From Antedon mediterranea (taxonomy: Eukaryota > Animalia > Echinodermata): a DNA stretch of 64,000 nt. The notes under the pieces are model-generated. The model made no database searches. It had not been told where the DNA came from and saw only the letters and a program-made list of their open reading frames with translations. Position 1 is the first letter of the stretch. Each line of letters begins with the position of its first letter. The position numbers and the translations under genes are program-made. Location of the stretch: contig NC_092672.1 of NCBI RefSeq assembly GCF_964355755.1, forward strand, positions 10,230,001 to 10,294,000, in the 5' to 3' direction. Shown piece by piece: positions 52,001 through 64,000 of the stretch.

Positions 52001-55000
52001 CAACATTACTAATATTTCCAACATCAAAGCAAAGACAAAAATTAAATGAAATTATTTAAAATATACAAATTAAATGAAAAGGCCGTTTCGTAACAATTGC
52101 CAAGGTATTATTTTTAGACAATCCTTGCTTCTGTTTTTTTTTATAACAAACATTATGAATGTAAAGAATGCGGTACTGCACAAACTTTAAAGATGAATTG
52201 TTCCTTAAAACACAAAAAAATTGTGAAAATATTCTAAATTTAAATTGGCCATATCAAAGAAATATTACAGTTATTCACTTTAAGTCGAAAATTTGAACCA
52301 AAAACAACAAGTTTACGTAATTTACAGGTAAATTAATTTGATTACATTTTATCTGGAAAATCGTGAGCGAAAGTAAACAAAGATTTCAAACCACAAGTAT
52401 GCATTATGCATGATGCTAATTAGGATTGTTTACAACTCGTCACGGTTGAGAAGGTGTTTCACACAGATCGCGAGGAAGTTTTATGATTATTCATACAGGA
52501 GTCTTCCCAATAAAAAATATATTAAAAAAAGAAACATCATTGATAAAATAATTAATGTTTACGCCTCTGTTATTTGCCTCAATTATTCATGATTCAAGAG
52601 ATCGCGTATGTCATGAATAAGGTACTATCTCGCTATCAGTTGTATCTTATCATTCAACTGAACCGTCAAAATATGTATGTATGTTTTGAAATGTCATTCG
52701 TTGACAAATTATACATTATACCATTCCAACAGAGGCCTACCAGTGTGCAAACAATGAATACAAGTGTCAAAGTTGGCCTACACATTGTATCCCAAAACAC
52801 TGGATTTGTGATATTTACATCGACTGTTTAGATGGATCTGATGAAGTCGGATGTCCTTCCCAACCCCCTATACAGTATGGTACGCCGGTCGGAGGAGACT
52901 ATTTTACAACTAGTTAGTATACCATTGTCTTATTCATTGTCTTATCCATAGATCATTGTTAGAAAGATCATCAAGTCGTTATCATAGTGGTAACGACTTG
53001 GCTTCACAAACTAGTAATAATTAGCTTTAGATTTTGTGACAATCAGATATCAAAGCATCCGAGTCTTATAGTAAGACACTCGGGTTACTTTACGTGAATT
53101 CGATGCATTGTCGACGTGATTTTATCTCAAATGTTCCTTGCTCAATTGTAGGTACACTAAAAAACGAAAAGGTTTTTATTTATGCGAAGCAACAATATAC
53201 ACCAGTTATCAAAATAATTATATGGATCATTATTTATGAAAACTGTGACATTGTAATTCAAAATATTACAGTAGTTACAAGTTATTAATCAAACCGTAAT
53301 TATTTATTATTAGTCGAGCCAGGTCCTTGTTACCCAGACCCTTGTGGACAATGGGGAATCTGCAAAACCAATTATTTTATTTCTGCGTATGCCGATAGTG
53401 GATTTAAATGTGACTGTTTCAAAGGGCACACTGGACAGTTTTGTGAAATTGGTAGGTAATTCATTTTACTGTTTAAAAAACTGATTTGAGTCCAAAACGT
53501 TTTTAAAAGAGTGCAAGCAGTAGTAGGCGTCATTATCTCTTGCTTATTTCATGCAATAGTAAAAATTACTTAGTATTATTTTTTGTTATTATCTTAGACC
53601 TATGTGATCAACTTCGATGTCGTAACAATGGGTTATGTAAAATCTCCTGGTGGACCGGTGATGCCTACTGCGATTGTCTAGATAGGTATAGTGGCGAACG
53701 TTGTGAAGAAGGTAAGATCACATTGCACATTGAAGAAAACATGTTATAAGAAATGTTTTAAAAATAACCTAACTCAGGTTTAATCAAATTTATTTAGTAA
53801 ATGCATAAAACCATGAATGATATAATGTAATGTAATAAAAATGTAAATACAATCAAATAATGACGTCACCAGTCAATCAACTACCACATAATAAAACATC
53901 AAGATTAGGATTTCGCGTAACAAAATCAAGCGTGCAACTCTGAGATTCTCCCTAGCCTACTAGCTATCAATCATATAATAATACTAATAGAGAGGCCTAG
54001 ACCTAACCTATGCTAGACGGCTGGCATCAAACTTTAATTTTAACAAATTAACATAAATTATCGATCTTAATAAAAATAATATCTGACCTGGTACTACATT
54101 ACCAATATGTGTTATTATTAATTTATCAAGTGGACATTTGCAGAATGTTTGTGTGCAACAGAACATTTATTCAGCAGCAACAAAAGATACATTCAACAAT
54201 ACAAGCTTGTTTCATTAACAATAAACGTAACCAGGTAAACAAATGCACGTTTCCAATCTGTACACCATGCGCGCGGTTTCATTAACAATAAACGTAACCA
54301 GGTAAACAAATGCACGTTTCCAATCTGTACACCATGCGCGCGCTATCAACTATACTAATGCCGGTGGTTTCATCTAGACTAATTGTTTGCCTTGTTCATG
54401 GAAATAAATAAAGGAGGAATATTTTTACCTGCGACGTTTTAAATCTTGAACATAAAGGACTATAGATAGTCATTGGAAGTTATTCTATATAATTACTAAT
54501 CAAGGCTAGGCTAGCCCCTAGGCCTACTACTTTTGAATTAAATATCAAAGATATATATTTTTAGCCTAGGCCTAGGCCCTCTAGGCCTAGCTCTAGTGCG
54601 TGCCACATATATTAAAAACAGAGCGCCACACATAACAACGTGCAAGCAGTTATTTGTTTCTGTTTGACTAGCCTAGGCCTAGCCTAGGCCTCCAAAACCA
54701 GTTTCAATTTACAAAAAAAAGGTTTTGAGCGAACCAAGTTGATCGCGTAACGAATGAGCGCGACGGGGTTTTTGCTTGAGCGCAGCAGCAATGCTCTCGT
54801 CGCTCCCCACCACACACCACCCACCGCCGTCGTGCGCGCTGGGCCCCGTGGACCTCATCGAGGCTAGAATCACACTTTTCTTTTAACGACAAAATACCGT
54901 TAATTATCGAATATATAAATAGTAGTGTCTGATCTGGAAAACAAAAATTGTGACTTGTATTGTAACTTACCACGTGAACGTGGAATCTTCAGAATCTTTA

Positions 55001-58000
55001 GAATGCATAATTTTAGAGGGATATACAATAACGCCGTGGTTAGGATTCCGGCACCGGAACTCAACTGCCCACCGTTAGGGAATCCGACACGCTATTGCGC
55101 ATGCCCAGAGCTCTGGGAAGTGAATTATAGCTTGCACCAAAGTGCCACACCACGGCGTATTAATAAAGCTTGTTCATCAAATAAAACGACGAAAATAAAA
55201 TGTGAAGGAGGAGCATACGCCGCGCACACAGTAAACATACCGTAACCAAGTAACCACGTACAATCTTGCGCGCCTTTTCATCAGCACATGGATGCGCACA
55301 AGCTAACTTTTATAAAGCGCGATTACGTAACTTCAACTATGGGTACGCATGACAACCTGAACTTGTTGAAATGAAATAATTATTATTTGTTTAAAAAAAG
55401 TATTATACTCTATCTATCAATAAATAAAAAAAATGAAAATTACTTTTCGTTTTAAGATGAAATGACGTCATGTAAAAAAAATAAGACTATCATAGATATT
55501 TTTTTCCCCAAACCAATAGAAATTATCCTGGTTTAGGCCCGTTGCCACCTGGCCTTTTGCCACCCAGCCCTGACTTTTTATCAATTGATATAAATTAAAT
55601 TGTCATAAAAGGGCGTTATACAATTGTTGATGAAAAATGATGAGTAAATATCCATCATTTTAATAATTCTAGACCGATGTAATGACGTAAGTTGCCAAAA
55701 CAATGGACAATGTAAAGTGGCATGGATTACTAAAAGGCCTTACTGTGATTGTTCTCCGGGCTACAGTGGAACATACTGTGAAACGGGTAAGGTGTAAATA
55801 TTATGCAAATATTTTATTTATTTTAAACGATGACCTAGGGCCTATACACACCTTAACCCCGAGCACTATTGAGAAATAAATGTAGACAATGTGGATAATC
55901 ATGTACTGTCTTGTAGCGTAACTTGGTTGAATTGCGCACGGTGTTGTTAGTAGACGACGAATATGTTCGTATCGCTAAAGGACCACTTTGTGTCGAGCAG
56001 CCACCAAACGGCGCACATTCGTCTGCCCACAAACTGACAGGGTCTATAGAACCATTGAATTGTTGGGGTTTTTTTTCGGTTTTTTTTTCCAAATTTATCA
56101 ATTGTATTTAGCTTTAAGGTTAATTTGTTTCATGGTTTTTCACAAACGCCTTGAGCTCTTTAGTGGATATGTGCGCTGTATAAATCTTATTATTATTATT
56201 GAATTGCGCACCAGCCAGATTTGTACACTACACCTGCATCCAAGAAGATGTGTTCTTTCACCAGAAATGATCGGCGGAGAGAGCCTCGAACATGTGCCGA
56301 TTGTATGGCTATTACCGCTCAGCCACCCAAATCAACTAGTCTAACATTTGTTGTAGGAATACATTTTTTTAATAGGCCTATTCCTCAATGTAGTATACTG
56401 ATAATGTATATTTATTAAGAACATTTATTTCCGATAGACGCATGCGCTTCAGTTACCTGTCGCAATGGAGGAGAATGTAAAGTAGCATGGCCCTGGACAG
56501 ACGAACCCTACTGTGATTGCTCAGAAGGCTATGGGGGTAAAGAATGCGAGAAAGGTATTTTGCTACTCGGAGACTGCGGCAATTAACAAACTCATAATTA
56601 TTTTCATCTATTACTAAAAATAATGTTAATAATGTGTGTAACCCACCATTACGGCTGACTAAAATTGTATATTATTTGTTACAGAATTATGTACTAATTT
56701 GCAATGTCAGAACAATGGTAAATGTGAGATATCTTGGTGGAGTCGAAGACCGTATTGTGATTGTGAAGGCGGATACATTGGTAAACACTGTGAGATTGGT
56801 AAGCCTAAAAAATGTTAGCCTGCTAGTCTGCATTACAGTAGCAAACTTGACTGAACTGTTCAACTGTCACTACAACTAGAAAGGTTTGATCAAATTGACT
56901 AGTGGAGTCTACCAAAGTTTACCAAACATTGTCGAGTTTGCTACTTTTTATAGCTAAAACTACAGTCCATGTTCAAATGTTATGTTATCCACCTGTAGAA
57001 TCACATGACTGTCAAAGACTTAACTTGATTAGATGAGTTGACAAATATCAGCAAACGAACTTCTGCAAATTAGTTTTTTGCAGTTTTTTCTTTTCTTCAT
57101 CAGAGTTTACAAGCAGAAGAAAAAGCGTATGGTAATCAAATAATAAATACAATCTAAAAATTAAACTGTGTTTATCTTTTTCTCAACCTTAGATCTATGT
57201 AGCTCTATAAACTGTCAGAATAACGGATTATGTGAACTAACATGGTTGAGAAAAAAACCCTACTGCGACTGTACTGATGGATACAGCGGTGAATATTGTG
57301 AAATAGGTAAGAAGGAACAGTTCTGAGTTTTAGCATTGTGTCTCAACGATATTAGCCCTAAAGCTTGGTTCCAACTACTAGCGACGCAACGCAACGCAAC
57401 GTAAAAAAATGCCCTTTCAATAAATGTATTTTCCCCCGCACCCTGCGTGAAATCAAATCAAACGATTTTTGCAGCACCGTTGCATCGTCGATTCCCATTG
57501 TGATTACGCAATACCTTTGCGTCAATACGTCGCTGTGTTGCGACCGTGGGAACCACGCTCAAGCTCTGTGTGTGGAATAGGGTATCAAGCTAATTAGGAG
57601 ATTTGGTTTAGATCCATCTCATGAAAACAACTTGCTCTTTTTCCGTACGTATGTTACCGCTATTCGTTATGTTGATGTTGGTTTTATGGGAAAAAATCAC
57701 TCCGTACAACATCCAACTATAGAATGTTGTTATATGAGGTAAAAAAATCAACAATTTTTATTTTGATTTTTAACAGAAAACTCGTGTGGATCTTTGAACT
57801 GTCAGAATAATGGTGTGTGTGAAGTATCTTGGTTGAATAACGCATACTGCGATTGCACGAAAGGATACTCTGGTGAAAACTGCGAAAAGGGTAAACTAAA
57901 CTTGTTTCATAACATGAGCTATAAATGATATAAAGTGCAAGCATAAAAGCCTAGGTGAATATGTTTTAAACAGGGGTGGCGCCAGGATCTTCCCGACGCG

Positions 58001-60753
58001 GGGGCTACATTCCCCGACGAGGGGGCTATGCGAGCGAAGCGAGCATCACTAGGCTGGGGGCCAGGGGGCCGCCAAGGGCCCCCGGTGGGGGTCGAGGGGG
58101 CGAAGCCCCCGGAAGCAACGCGTTCTAGCGTCATTTGAGGACATTTGAATCAGATTTAGGGTAGCCATTTTTTCCAATTTTTATAATGCATAAATACAAT
58201 ACTGCGTGCAAAAAAACGATGCGCGATGACTGTTTTAATCCATATTTTTCAATTTAAAAAATAAAAGTTCAAAGAAAATTTAGAAAAATAGAGTTGGAGG
58301 TCCCGGAAATTGGACTTATTATACTTCAAAACATGAAACAAAATATATAAGTCCCTATCAAGGTTGTGACTGAGCTAAGAAATGTTTGAAAAATAGAGAT
58401 GTTACGTCCCGGAAAATGCACTTCTTGTACTTCGAAATATGACCAGCTTTATTGTTGGGGCTGAACTAAGAAACTGTTTAAAACTAGAGCTAGCTGCAGG
58501 TCTTCAAAAAATTGCATTTTATACTTCGGAAACATCAGGCCTAGAGGCTTAAAAAACGCAAGCGTAGACCTTTTTAAGTCGGGGAAATAAGTTTATTCCT
58601 CCCAAGTGTATGCGTGCGTACCATCTGGACTTCCGAGTGGTGAGAAATTCATGACATACAGGACATTGAAAATGTAATAACTTAGCTATAATAAGATGTT
58701 GGCTAAGCGAAAATGGCATGTTTTTTTGTTTAGTAATGGATGAAAAATTTATTTTAGGTGCCCCACGGTACAGAATGTTACTTGTAAATTAAAAAAATAG
58801 GTGAACATACGAACAATTAACATAATTCGTTTTTGCTGTAGTGTTACGTGTAGCGTACGTCGACGCAGTACACGACGTAACCGTCAGTAAACTTCGCCTG
58901 GAAAATAACTACAGTACACATTTTGGTCCCTGGATGGAACTTGATATCACGCGTCTCGACCCACCCAACGTTGAACGATTCGTACAAAGGGATACCGCCA
59001 GACAAGTGCGAACCTAGCTATTGTTTAGTAGTAAGTTAGATCGCTGGCAATAATGAATGCATATAAAGTGCATAATATCACTCTGACGTACTCTCACGGT
59101 CAATGAAACGTCGCGGTTTTCTAGGCGCTGAAGCTAGCTACGAAGTGAACGCGAACGCTTTTTACTGTATATTATATTCCCCGACAAAAAGTACCCGTGT
59201 TCCCTTCGGTAACCGTCGGTAAACTTCGCCTGGAAAATAACTACATTACACATTTTGGTCCCTGGATGGAACTTGATATCACGCGTGTCGACCCAACGTT
59301 GAACGATTCGTACAAAGGGATACCGCCAGACAAGTGCGAACCTAGCTAATGTTTAGTAGTAAGTTAGATCGCTGGCAATAAATGAATGCATAAAAGTGCA
59401 TAATAGCCCTCTGACGTACTCTCACGGTCAATGGAACGTCGTGGTTTTCTAGGCGCTGAAGCTATATGAAGTGAACGCGAACGTTTTTTACTGTATATTA
59501 TATTCCCCGACAAAAAGTACCCGTGTTCCCCGACGGGGGGGCTAGGCTCCCCGACGAGGGGGCTAGAGCCCCCGTAGCCCCCCCGCTGGCGCCACCACTG
59601 GTTTTAAATTATGCGACTTCAACTTTCCTCCTCTTGGCTGTGCATGCTAAACAGCTCAGATTGGTTTCGCATGACAAACATTGTTTCATTTTTAGATTTC
59701 ACAATACCACCATTTCTTTGATTATACTACTACAAGAAAAATTGTTTTTAAATTATTATGATTCATTTCGATTATCGATGATGTATCTTCATTCTATGTC
59801 AATTCATAATGATCGACATCAACATCGTCACTAACGTTTTTCAATCCTAACAAAATATTCATTTCGATCCTAACAAAATATTCTTTTCGATCCTAACACA
59901 ATATTCTTTTCGATCCATAGACTTATGTGGCGATCTACAATGTTACAACAATGGTACATGTGAATTACCATGGTTAAGAAACACACCTTATTGCGACTGT
60001 TCCGACGGATATACCGGTGATAACTGTGAACATGGTACGTATTTTCGCTAAAGCGTGGTTCCCACTAGAACGCAACGTAGCAACGTATGTCGACGCAAAG
60101 TGTTGTATTGCGTAAACACAAGTGGGAACCGACGACGCAATAGTGCTGTAAGCATGTTTGATTCCACGCAGGCAAATACAATTATTAGAAGGGCATTTGA
60201 TTACGTTGCGTAGATTGCGTTACATTGCGTCGCTAGTGGGAACCAAGCTTAATTGTAAATCTTCTCGGCTATGACAAAACCCAAGGACGTACCCGCAAAG
60301 CAAGCGAGTTGACCAATGACATGATCGTCCGTTGCGTCGCTAGTGGGAACCATGCATTTTAATTGGTTTAGAGCTCGTTTGTACGCAACTTATGGACGTA
60401 ATAGCAAGTCATTTAACCAACTCACTTATGAAAATCATACCTTTGCTTTTGCTATAGCCTACAAAAAAATAATAATTTGGGTTTTTAATAGAAACAGAAT
60501 GTGAATAAAGCTGGTGTTTCTTGGCAAAGATGCCTAACGATGTGTATTCCCGCGTGTCAATAAATCGGGTGGAGTGTATGACATTGTTGGGAACAGTGCA
60601 TTCGTATTATTTTACTGCATCTTTCATGTGAATTATTACAATATAAAACGAGGACTCAAAAAGCCAAAACTCCCGTCGGGTATACTGTATTCTATTTTTA
60701 TTCTTTCAGATTGCAGCACATCGTGGAAGCGTGGCTGTAAACTGTTGGGCTAA
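49080..60753 (+). CDS. Gene G: secreted protein with signal peptide, 3 LDLa and 8 EGF (~525 aa)
   Basis: Exons 49080-49173 (MYSILFLVGVFGHINYVTCVGSSSSSSVYFS); LDLa 49993-50169, 51068-51211, 52733-52912; EGF 53314-53451, 53598-53711, 55673-55786, 56438-56554, 56685-56798, 57193-57306, 57777-57890, 59921-60034. The terminal exon is probably 60710-60753 (DCSTSWKRGCKLLG*), alternatively 60492-60508 (ETECE*). Confidence 0.82.
49280..49815. repeat. Degenerate tandem repeat (~120-bp unit) in intron 1 of gene G
   Basis: Recurring TTAAT(T/C)TCACAAG.TGATTTTGGAA.CCTTTAACTT.AGATCAC(T/G)AGC..TCTC..TTGAGTTTTAGAA, about 4 copies. Confidence 0.6.
51471..51590. mobile_element. Short HINE-like interspersed repeat
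   Basis: AACAAGGCCATATACATGGCTGCAGTCGCGTG..(CCGA)n..GCGACTAAAAA. Other copies at 45175-45247 and a split copy at 26946-26959 + 30205-30314. Confidence 0.7.
54209..54342. repeat. Perfect 67-bp direct tandem duplication
   Basis: GTTTCATTAACAATAAACGTAACCAGG...ACCATGCGCGCG occurs at 54209-54275 and 54276-54342. Confidence 0.9.
57362..57559. mobile_element. PIF/Harbinger MITE (same family as 36410)
   Basis: AGCTTGGTTCC...GTGGGAACCACGCT termini; TAA/CAA flanks. Confidence 0.75.
57971..59600. mobile_element. Non-autonomous hAT transposon (1630 bp)
   Basis: TIR CAGGGGTGGCGCCAG / CTGGCGCCACCACTG with a perfect 8-bp TSD GTTTTAAA (57963-57970, 59601-59608). GC-rich subterminal CCCGACG repeats. Internal ~330-bp direct duplication (58877-59203 vs 59209-59530). 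Confidence 0.92.
60052..60249. mobile_element. PIF/Harbinger MITE (same family as 36410)
   Basis: AGCGTGGTTCCCACTAG...CTAGTGGGAACCAAGCT with TAA TSD, 17 bp downstream of a gene G exon. Confidence 0.85.
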
Positions 60754-61412
60754 AAACAGCCAACAACTAATCCTAGATTTCATCTCTCATACTCACATTA
60801 TTGCCATACAGATTATAAATGAAGACAAAAACAAAATATATGGTCTATTATAACATTAATATAGCGTGTAAATTTATAACGTGTTAAAAATCAATGGAAT
60901 GGTGAGATTATATTATACTTTTTAGCTATCGCATAGATTATAGGCCAAGCATCCGTTATATAGGCCTACATGGTTTTTCTTATCAAACTTTACTTTATTT
61001 TTCAAGGTACTTTCTCTTTGTTTGATATTATATTTACTTGTATACTTATAGAGAAATAACAAATAAATGAAATGTTGATTTAACGTATCAATTGTAATAA
61101 TATTTGTCAACTGATTTACATTTGTTCGGTAAGTAGGCCTACAGTACAATACGAGGCAATATCCTGTAGCCATTCAATAGAGTTCTGTATTTAACAAGTT
61201 ATTACCATGCATTTCGTAAACCACTACCGCCCTTCCTAGATCATACATTATAACAAAACCGTGCTGACAACATATTACCGATAGTTAATAATAGAAAAAT
61301 AAAAAGGAATAAGACAGAATTCAATAAATAATCCAGAATTCAATACATAATCGTAATTATAATAGGAAATTGTAGGAAAGATCAGAAATGTCTCTGGAAT
61401 TATAGAGATAAC

Positions 61413-61512
61413 AGGGAGGTTTCGCAACCTTACGAATACGAAAACAAAAACGAATACGTGTGCGTGACGTATCCGTTTTCGTTATCGTATTTGCAAGATT
61501 GAGAAACCTCTT
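61413..61512. mobile_element. Short MITE
   Basis: Imperfect inverted termini GAGGTTTCGCAACCTTACGAATACG / CGTATTTGCAAGATTGAGAAACCTC. Confidence 0.65.
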
Positions 61513-62070
61513 TACTCTTTAATTATTATCGGTTATGTGGGCATTCCCAAACACGGCGACCGAAAAGAAAATATGAGCCTATAGCCTTATAGTAACCGAC
61601 CATTGACCGATTCAAATTCCGGTTGTGTGTTTGTGAACATGATAAATAACATGGGAAGTCCCTTCCTAAATCATCAACAAACAAAAAAAAACATTGTGAC
61701 AACAACAATCTGTGTAATTAAAATATAAAAATTAACCGATGTTGAATTTAATTATTTTTTTAGATTTCACAATACAATCATTTCTTTGATTATAATACGA
61801 AACAAAAAATATAAAAACTGTTTTAATACATATATTTGATTTATTAAATTACTCAACATAAAAATAAAGATACATTACTTAACATACAACATAATAATAA
61901 TTGTCTGGCTATCATAATATTAAATAAATTTCATTTTTTTACACTTCAAATAGTATGATGATTAATGATTAATACAAAGATACAAATGTAAAGTTAACAT
62001 AGGGATTTGAAACATGTTTTTGAAGACAATAACATAAAACAAATATGAACTGCTTATTCGTATACTATTA

Positions 62071-63266
62071 GTGGTGGCAGCTCGTAGACAAATGATGGCT
62101 GCAGCTCATAGACAACTTGTTTATGCAGCTCATAGACAAATGATGGCTGCAGCTCATAGACAACTGTGGTTTATGCAGCTCATAGACAAATGGTTGCTGT
62201 ACCTTTTAACCATACAGGTGATTGCAGCTCATATATATTGGGTAGTTGCAGACTATACACATGTACATGGTGGTTGCAGCTTGAGAACAACTATGCGGTT
62301 GCAGCTTGTCCACCACTGTGTGATTGCAGCTTTTCCTCAACTGGGTGGTTAAATGCTTGTCCGCAACTGGGTGGTTAAATGCTTGTCCGCAACTGTGTGG
62401 TGACAGCTAGTTCACACTTGGGTGGTAACAGTTTGTACACTACTGTGTGGTTGCAGCTTGTCCACAACTGGGTGGTTAAATGCTTGTGCGCAACTGGGTG
62501 GTTAAATGCTTGTCCGCAACTGTGTGGTGGCAGCTAGTTCACACCTGGGTGGTAACAGCTTGTACACTACTGTGTGGTTGCAGCTTGTCCACAACTGTGG
62601 TTGCCGGTTGTCCACTACTGTGTGGTAATACAGCTTGTCCACAACTGTGTGGTTCCAGCTTGTCTACGCCTGGGTGGTTACAGCTTGTCCACGCCTGGGT
62701 GGTTACAGCTTGTCCACAACTGTGTGGTTCCAGCTTGTCCACAACTGTGTGGTTCTAGCTTGTTCAAAACTGTGTGGTTCCAACTTGTCCACCACTGTGT
62801 GGTTCCAGCTTGTCCACAACTGTGTGGTTCCAGATTGTCCACAACTGTGTGGTTCCAACTTGTCCACCACTGTGTGGTTCTAGCTTGTCCACAACTGTGT
62901 GGTTCCAGCTTGTCCACAACTGTGTGGTTCCAGCTTGTCCACGCCTGGGTGGTTACAGTTTGTTCAAAACTGAGTTATTGCAGCTTGTTCACAAATTGAT
63001 GGTTGCAGCTTGTCCATAACTGTGCGGATGAAGGTTGTTCACAACTGTGCAGTTGCAGCTTGTCTAATACTGTGTGGTTGCAGTTCGTCCACTACTGTGT
63101 GGTTGTAGCTAAACACACAGGTGGTTGCAGCTTGTTTAACTACTGGGTAGTTGCATCTTGTCAACAACTTTGGGTTGTAGCTTTTCACAACTGGGTGATT
63201 TCAGCTTGTAAACTACTGGGTGGTTGCAGCTTGTCCACAACTGCACAACTAGGTGGTTGCAGTTCA
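62071..63266. repeat. 25-bp minisatellite, ~45-48 copies
   Basis: Consensus TGTGTGGTT(C/G)CAGCTTGTCCACAAC. It is homogeneous in the centre and degenerate at the edges. Confidence 0.92.
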
Positions 63267-63455
63267 TAAAAGAAAGGGTTAAACATACAAAAGCCCATGT
63301 TATAATAGTATGGTAGACAATGATAATATGTAATGTATTAAATTATATCCTCCATCTTCAACAAAAAGAAAATTCAATCCCTTGGCATAGCATACAATCT
63401 CTTCTTAAAGCTTCAGTACCAATTCAATGATTTCATTGGTCAATTCTTTGATTCA

Positions 63456-64000
63456 TTACAAGTCTTTACTGGTAACCTCTCTTATACCATGAACTAAAAC
63501 CGTAGGTGGAAGTTGATCTGTTAGAATATCTAACAAGTGTAAATATTGTAAATGTTGTGCAGTATCAGCAGGGGGTAAGGGCAAATAACAGAACGTCATA
63601 GCTGTATTCTCAACTTCTTGTTTGATTAACTGATTGATTCCTTTAAGATAGTCTGTTGAAATGTCTGTGATATGTGTTACAGGTAACTCATCCTCATTTG
63701 ACTCGGTTTCCGAATGTGTATTTAAACTTAACACGTGATCCCATTGTCGTGCATGAATGGTTGCTTTTATACGCAAATCTTCCAAGAATGATTTCAACTT
63801 TTTTTCCATCCTAATTTGCATTTCGATGTTTTGAGAATCAACACAAATAAATACACGCAATTCTGTGTGTTTATTCCACACAGGTACCATGTGGAGAACG
63901 CACGAAAGTTGAAGAAGGAAAATACATGCTGTGTCCAAATATCCTGCTGTTTCCGGTTTAAAGAAATTAATTGGCCAAACATCTATTGTTTTCTTTTCGT
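63456..64000 (-). CDS. SLC12A9: Solute carrier family 12 member 9-like cation-chloride cotransporter, C-terminal coding exon (continues beyond window)
   Basis: The frame is open from the window edge: IDVWPINFFKP..YLDTACIFLLQLSCVLHMVPVW..LEDLRIKA..FCYLPLPP..LPPTVLVHGIREVTSKDL*. This matches the characteristic SLC12A9 C-terminus (IDVWP, LLQ..IL.MVP.W, YLP.PP, PT.LVHG..VT..DL). Confidence 0.88.
   Translation of the reverse strand, partial: EKKTIDVWPINFFKPETAGYLDTACIFLLQLSCVLHMVPVWNKHTELRVFICVDSQNIEMQIRMEKKLKSFLEDLRIKATIHARQWDHVLSLNTHSETESNEDELPVTHITDISTDYLKGINQLIKQEVENTAMTFCYLPLPPADTAQHLQYLHLLDILTDQLPPTVLVHGIREVTSKDL

Noticed and set aside
54500-54700. Clusters of TAGGCCTA/CTAGG palindromes here and across the window
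   Set aside because: The motif is scattered through introns and intergenic DNA with no positional relation to genes; treated as background low-complexity sequence.
54704-56418. Several 60-118 aa ORFs in gene G introns
   Set aside because: No domain signal or splice-consistent frame; they lie in repeat-like intronic sequence.
13535-60753. A single LRP/megalin-like or Notch-like receptor gene
   Set aside because: There are seven separate ATG/signal exons with their own stop-containing exons, and no YWTD, cbEGF consensus or transmembrane exon was found.
62071-63269. Overlapping Cys/Val-rich ORFs, or a CRISPR-like array
   Set aside because: These are translations of a 25-bp minisatellite (not a multiple of 3). 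There are no unique spacers or cas genes, and the context is eukaryotic.

Overview
AT-rich, intron-containing animal genomic DNA; an invertebrate is likely, and the species cannot be determined from this window. The main content is a head-to-tail cluster of seven plus-strand paralogous genes (about 13.5-60.8 kb), which the ORF track shows only as fragments. Each begins with a related 'MY(S/T/L)..' signal-peptide exon, followed by phase 1-1 single-domain exons: LDL-receptor class A (LDLa) modules, Thr/Pro linkers and EGF-like modules. None has a transmembrane segment. Architectures: A = 7 LDLa + 5 EGF; B and C = ~77-aa peptides with a 4-Cys remodelled LDLa; D = one canonical LDLa (70 aa); E = 1 LDLa + 2 EGF; F = 1 LDLa + 5 EGF; G = 3 LDLa + 8 EGF. 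The cluster shows exon tandem duplication, exon deletion, relic exons, probable gene conversion and a shifted splice acceptor. The last coding exon of an SLC12A9-like gene lies on the minus strand at the right edge, next to a 25-bp minisatellite. Mobile elements include a defective CR1-type LINE, two non-autonomous Helitrons, nested Helentron/HINE-like elements, a solo LTR, hAT, Mutator-like, Academ-like and PIF/Harbinger-like MITEs, a foldback-like element and a tRNA-like sequence. Gene models were built by hand from GT-AG sites and reading frame, without expression data.
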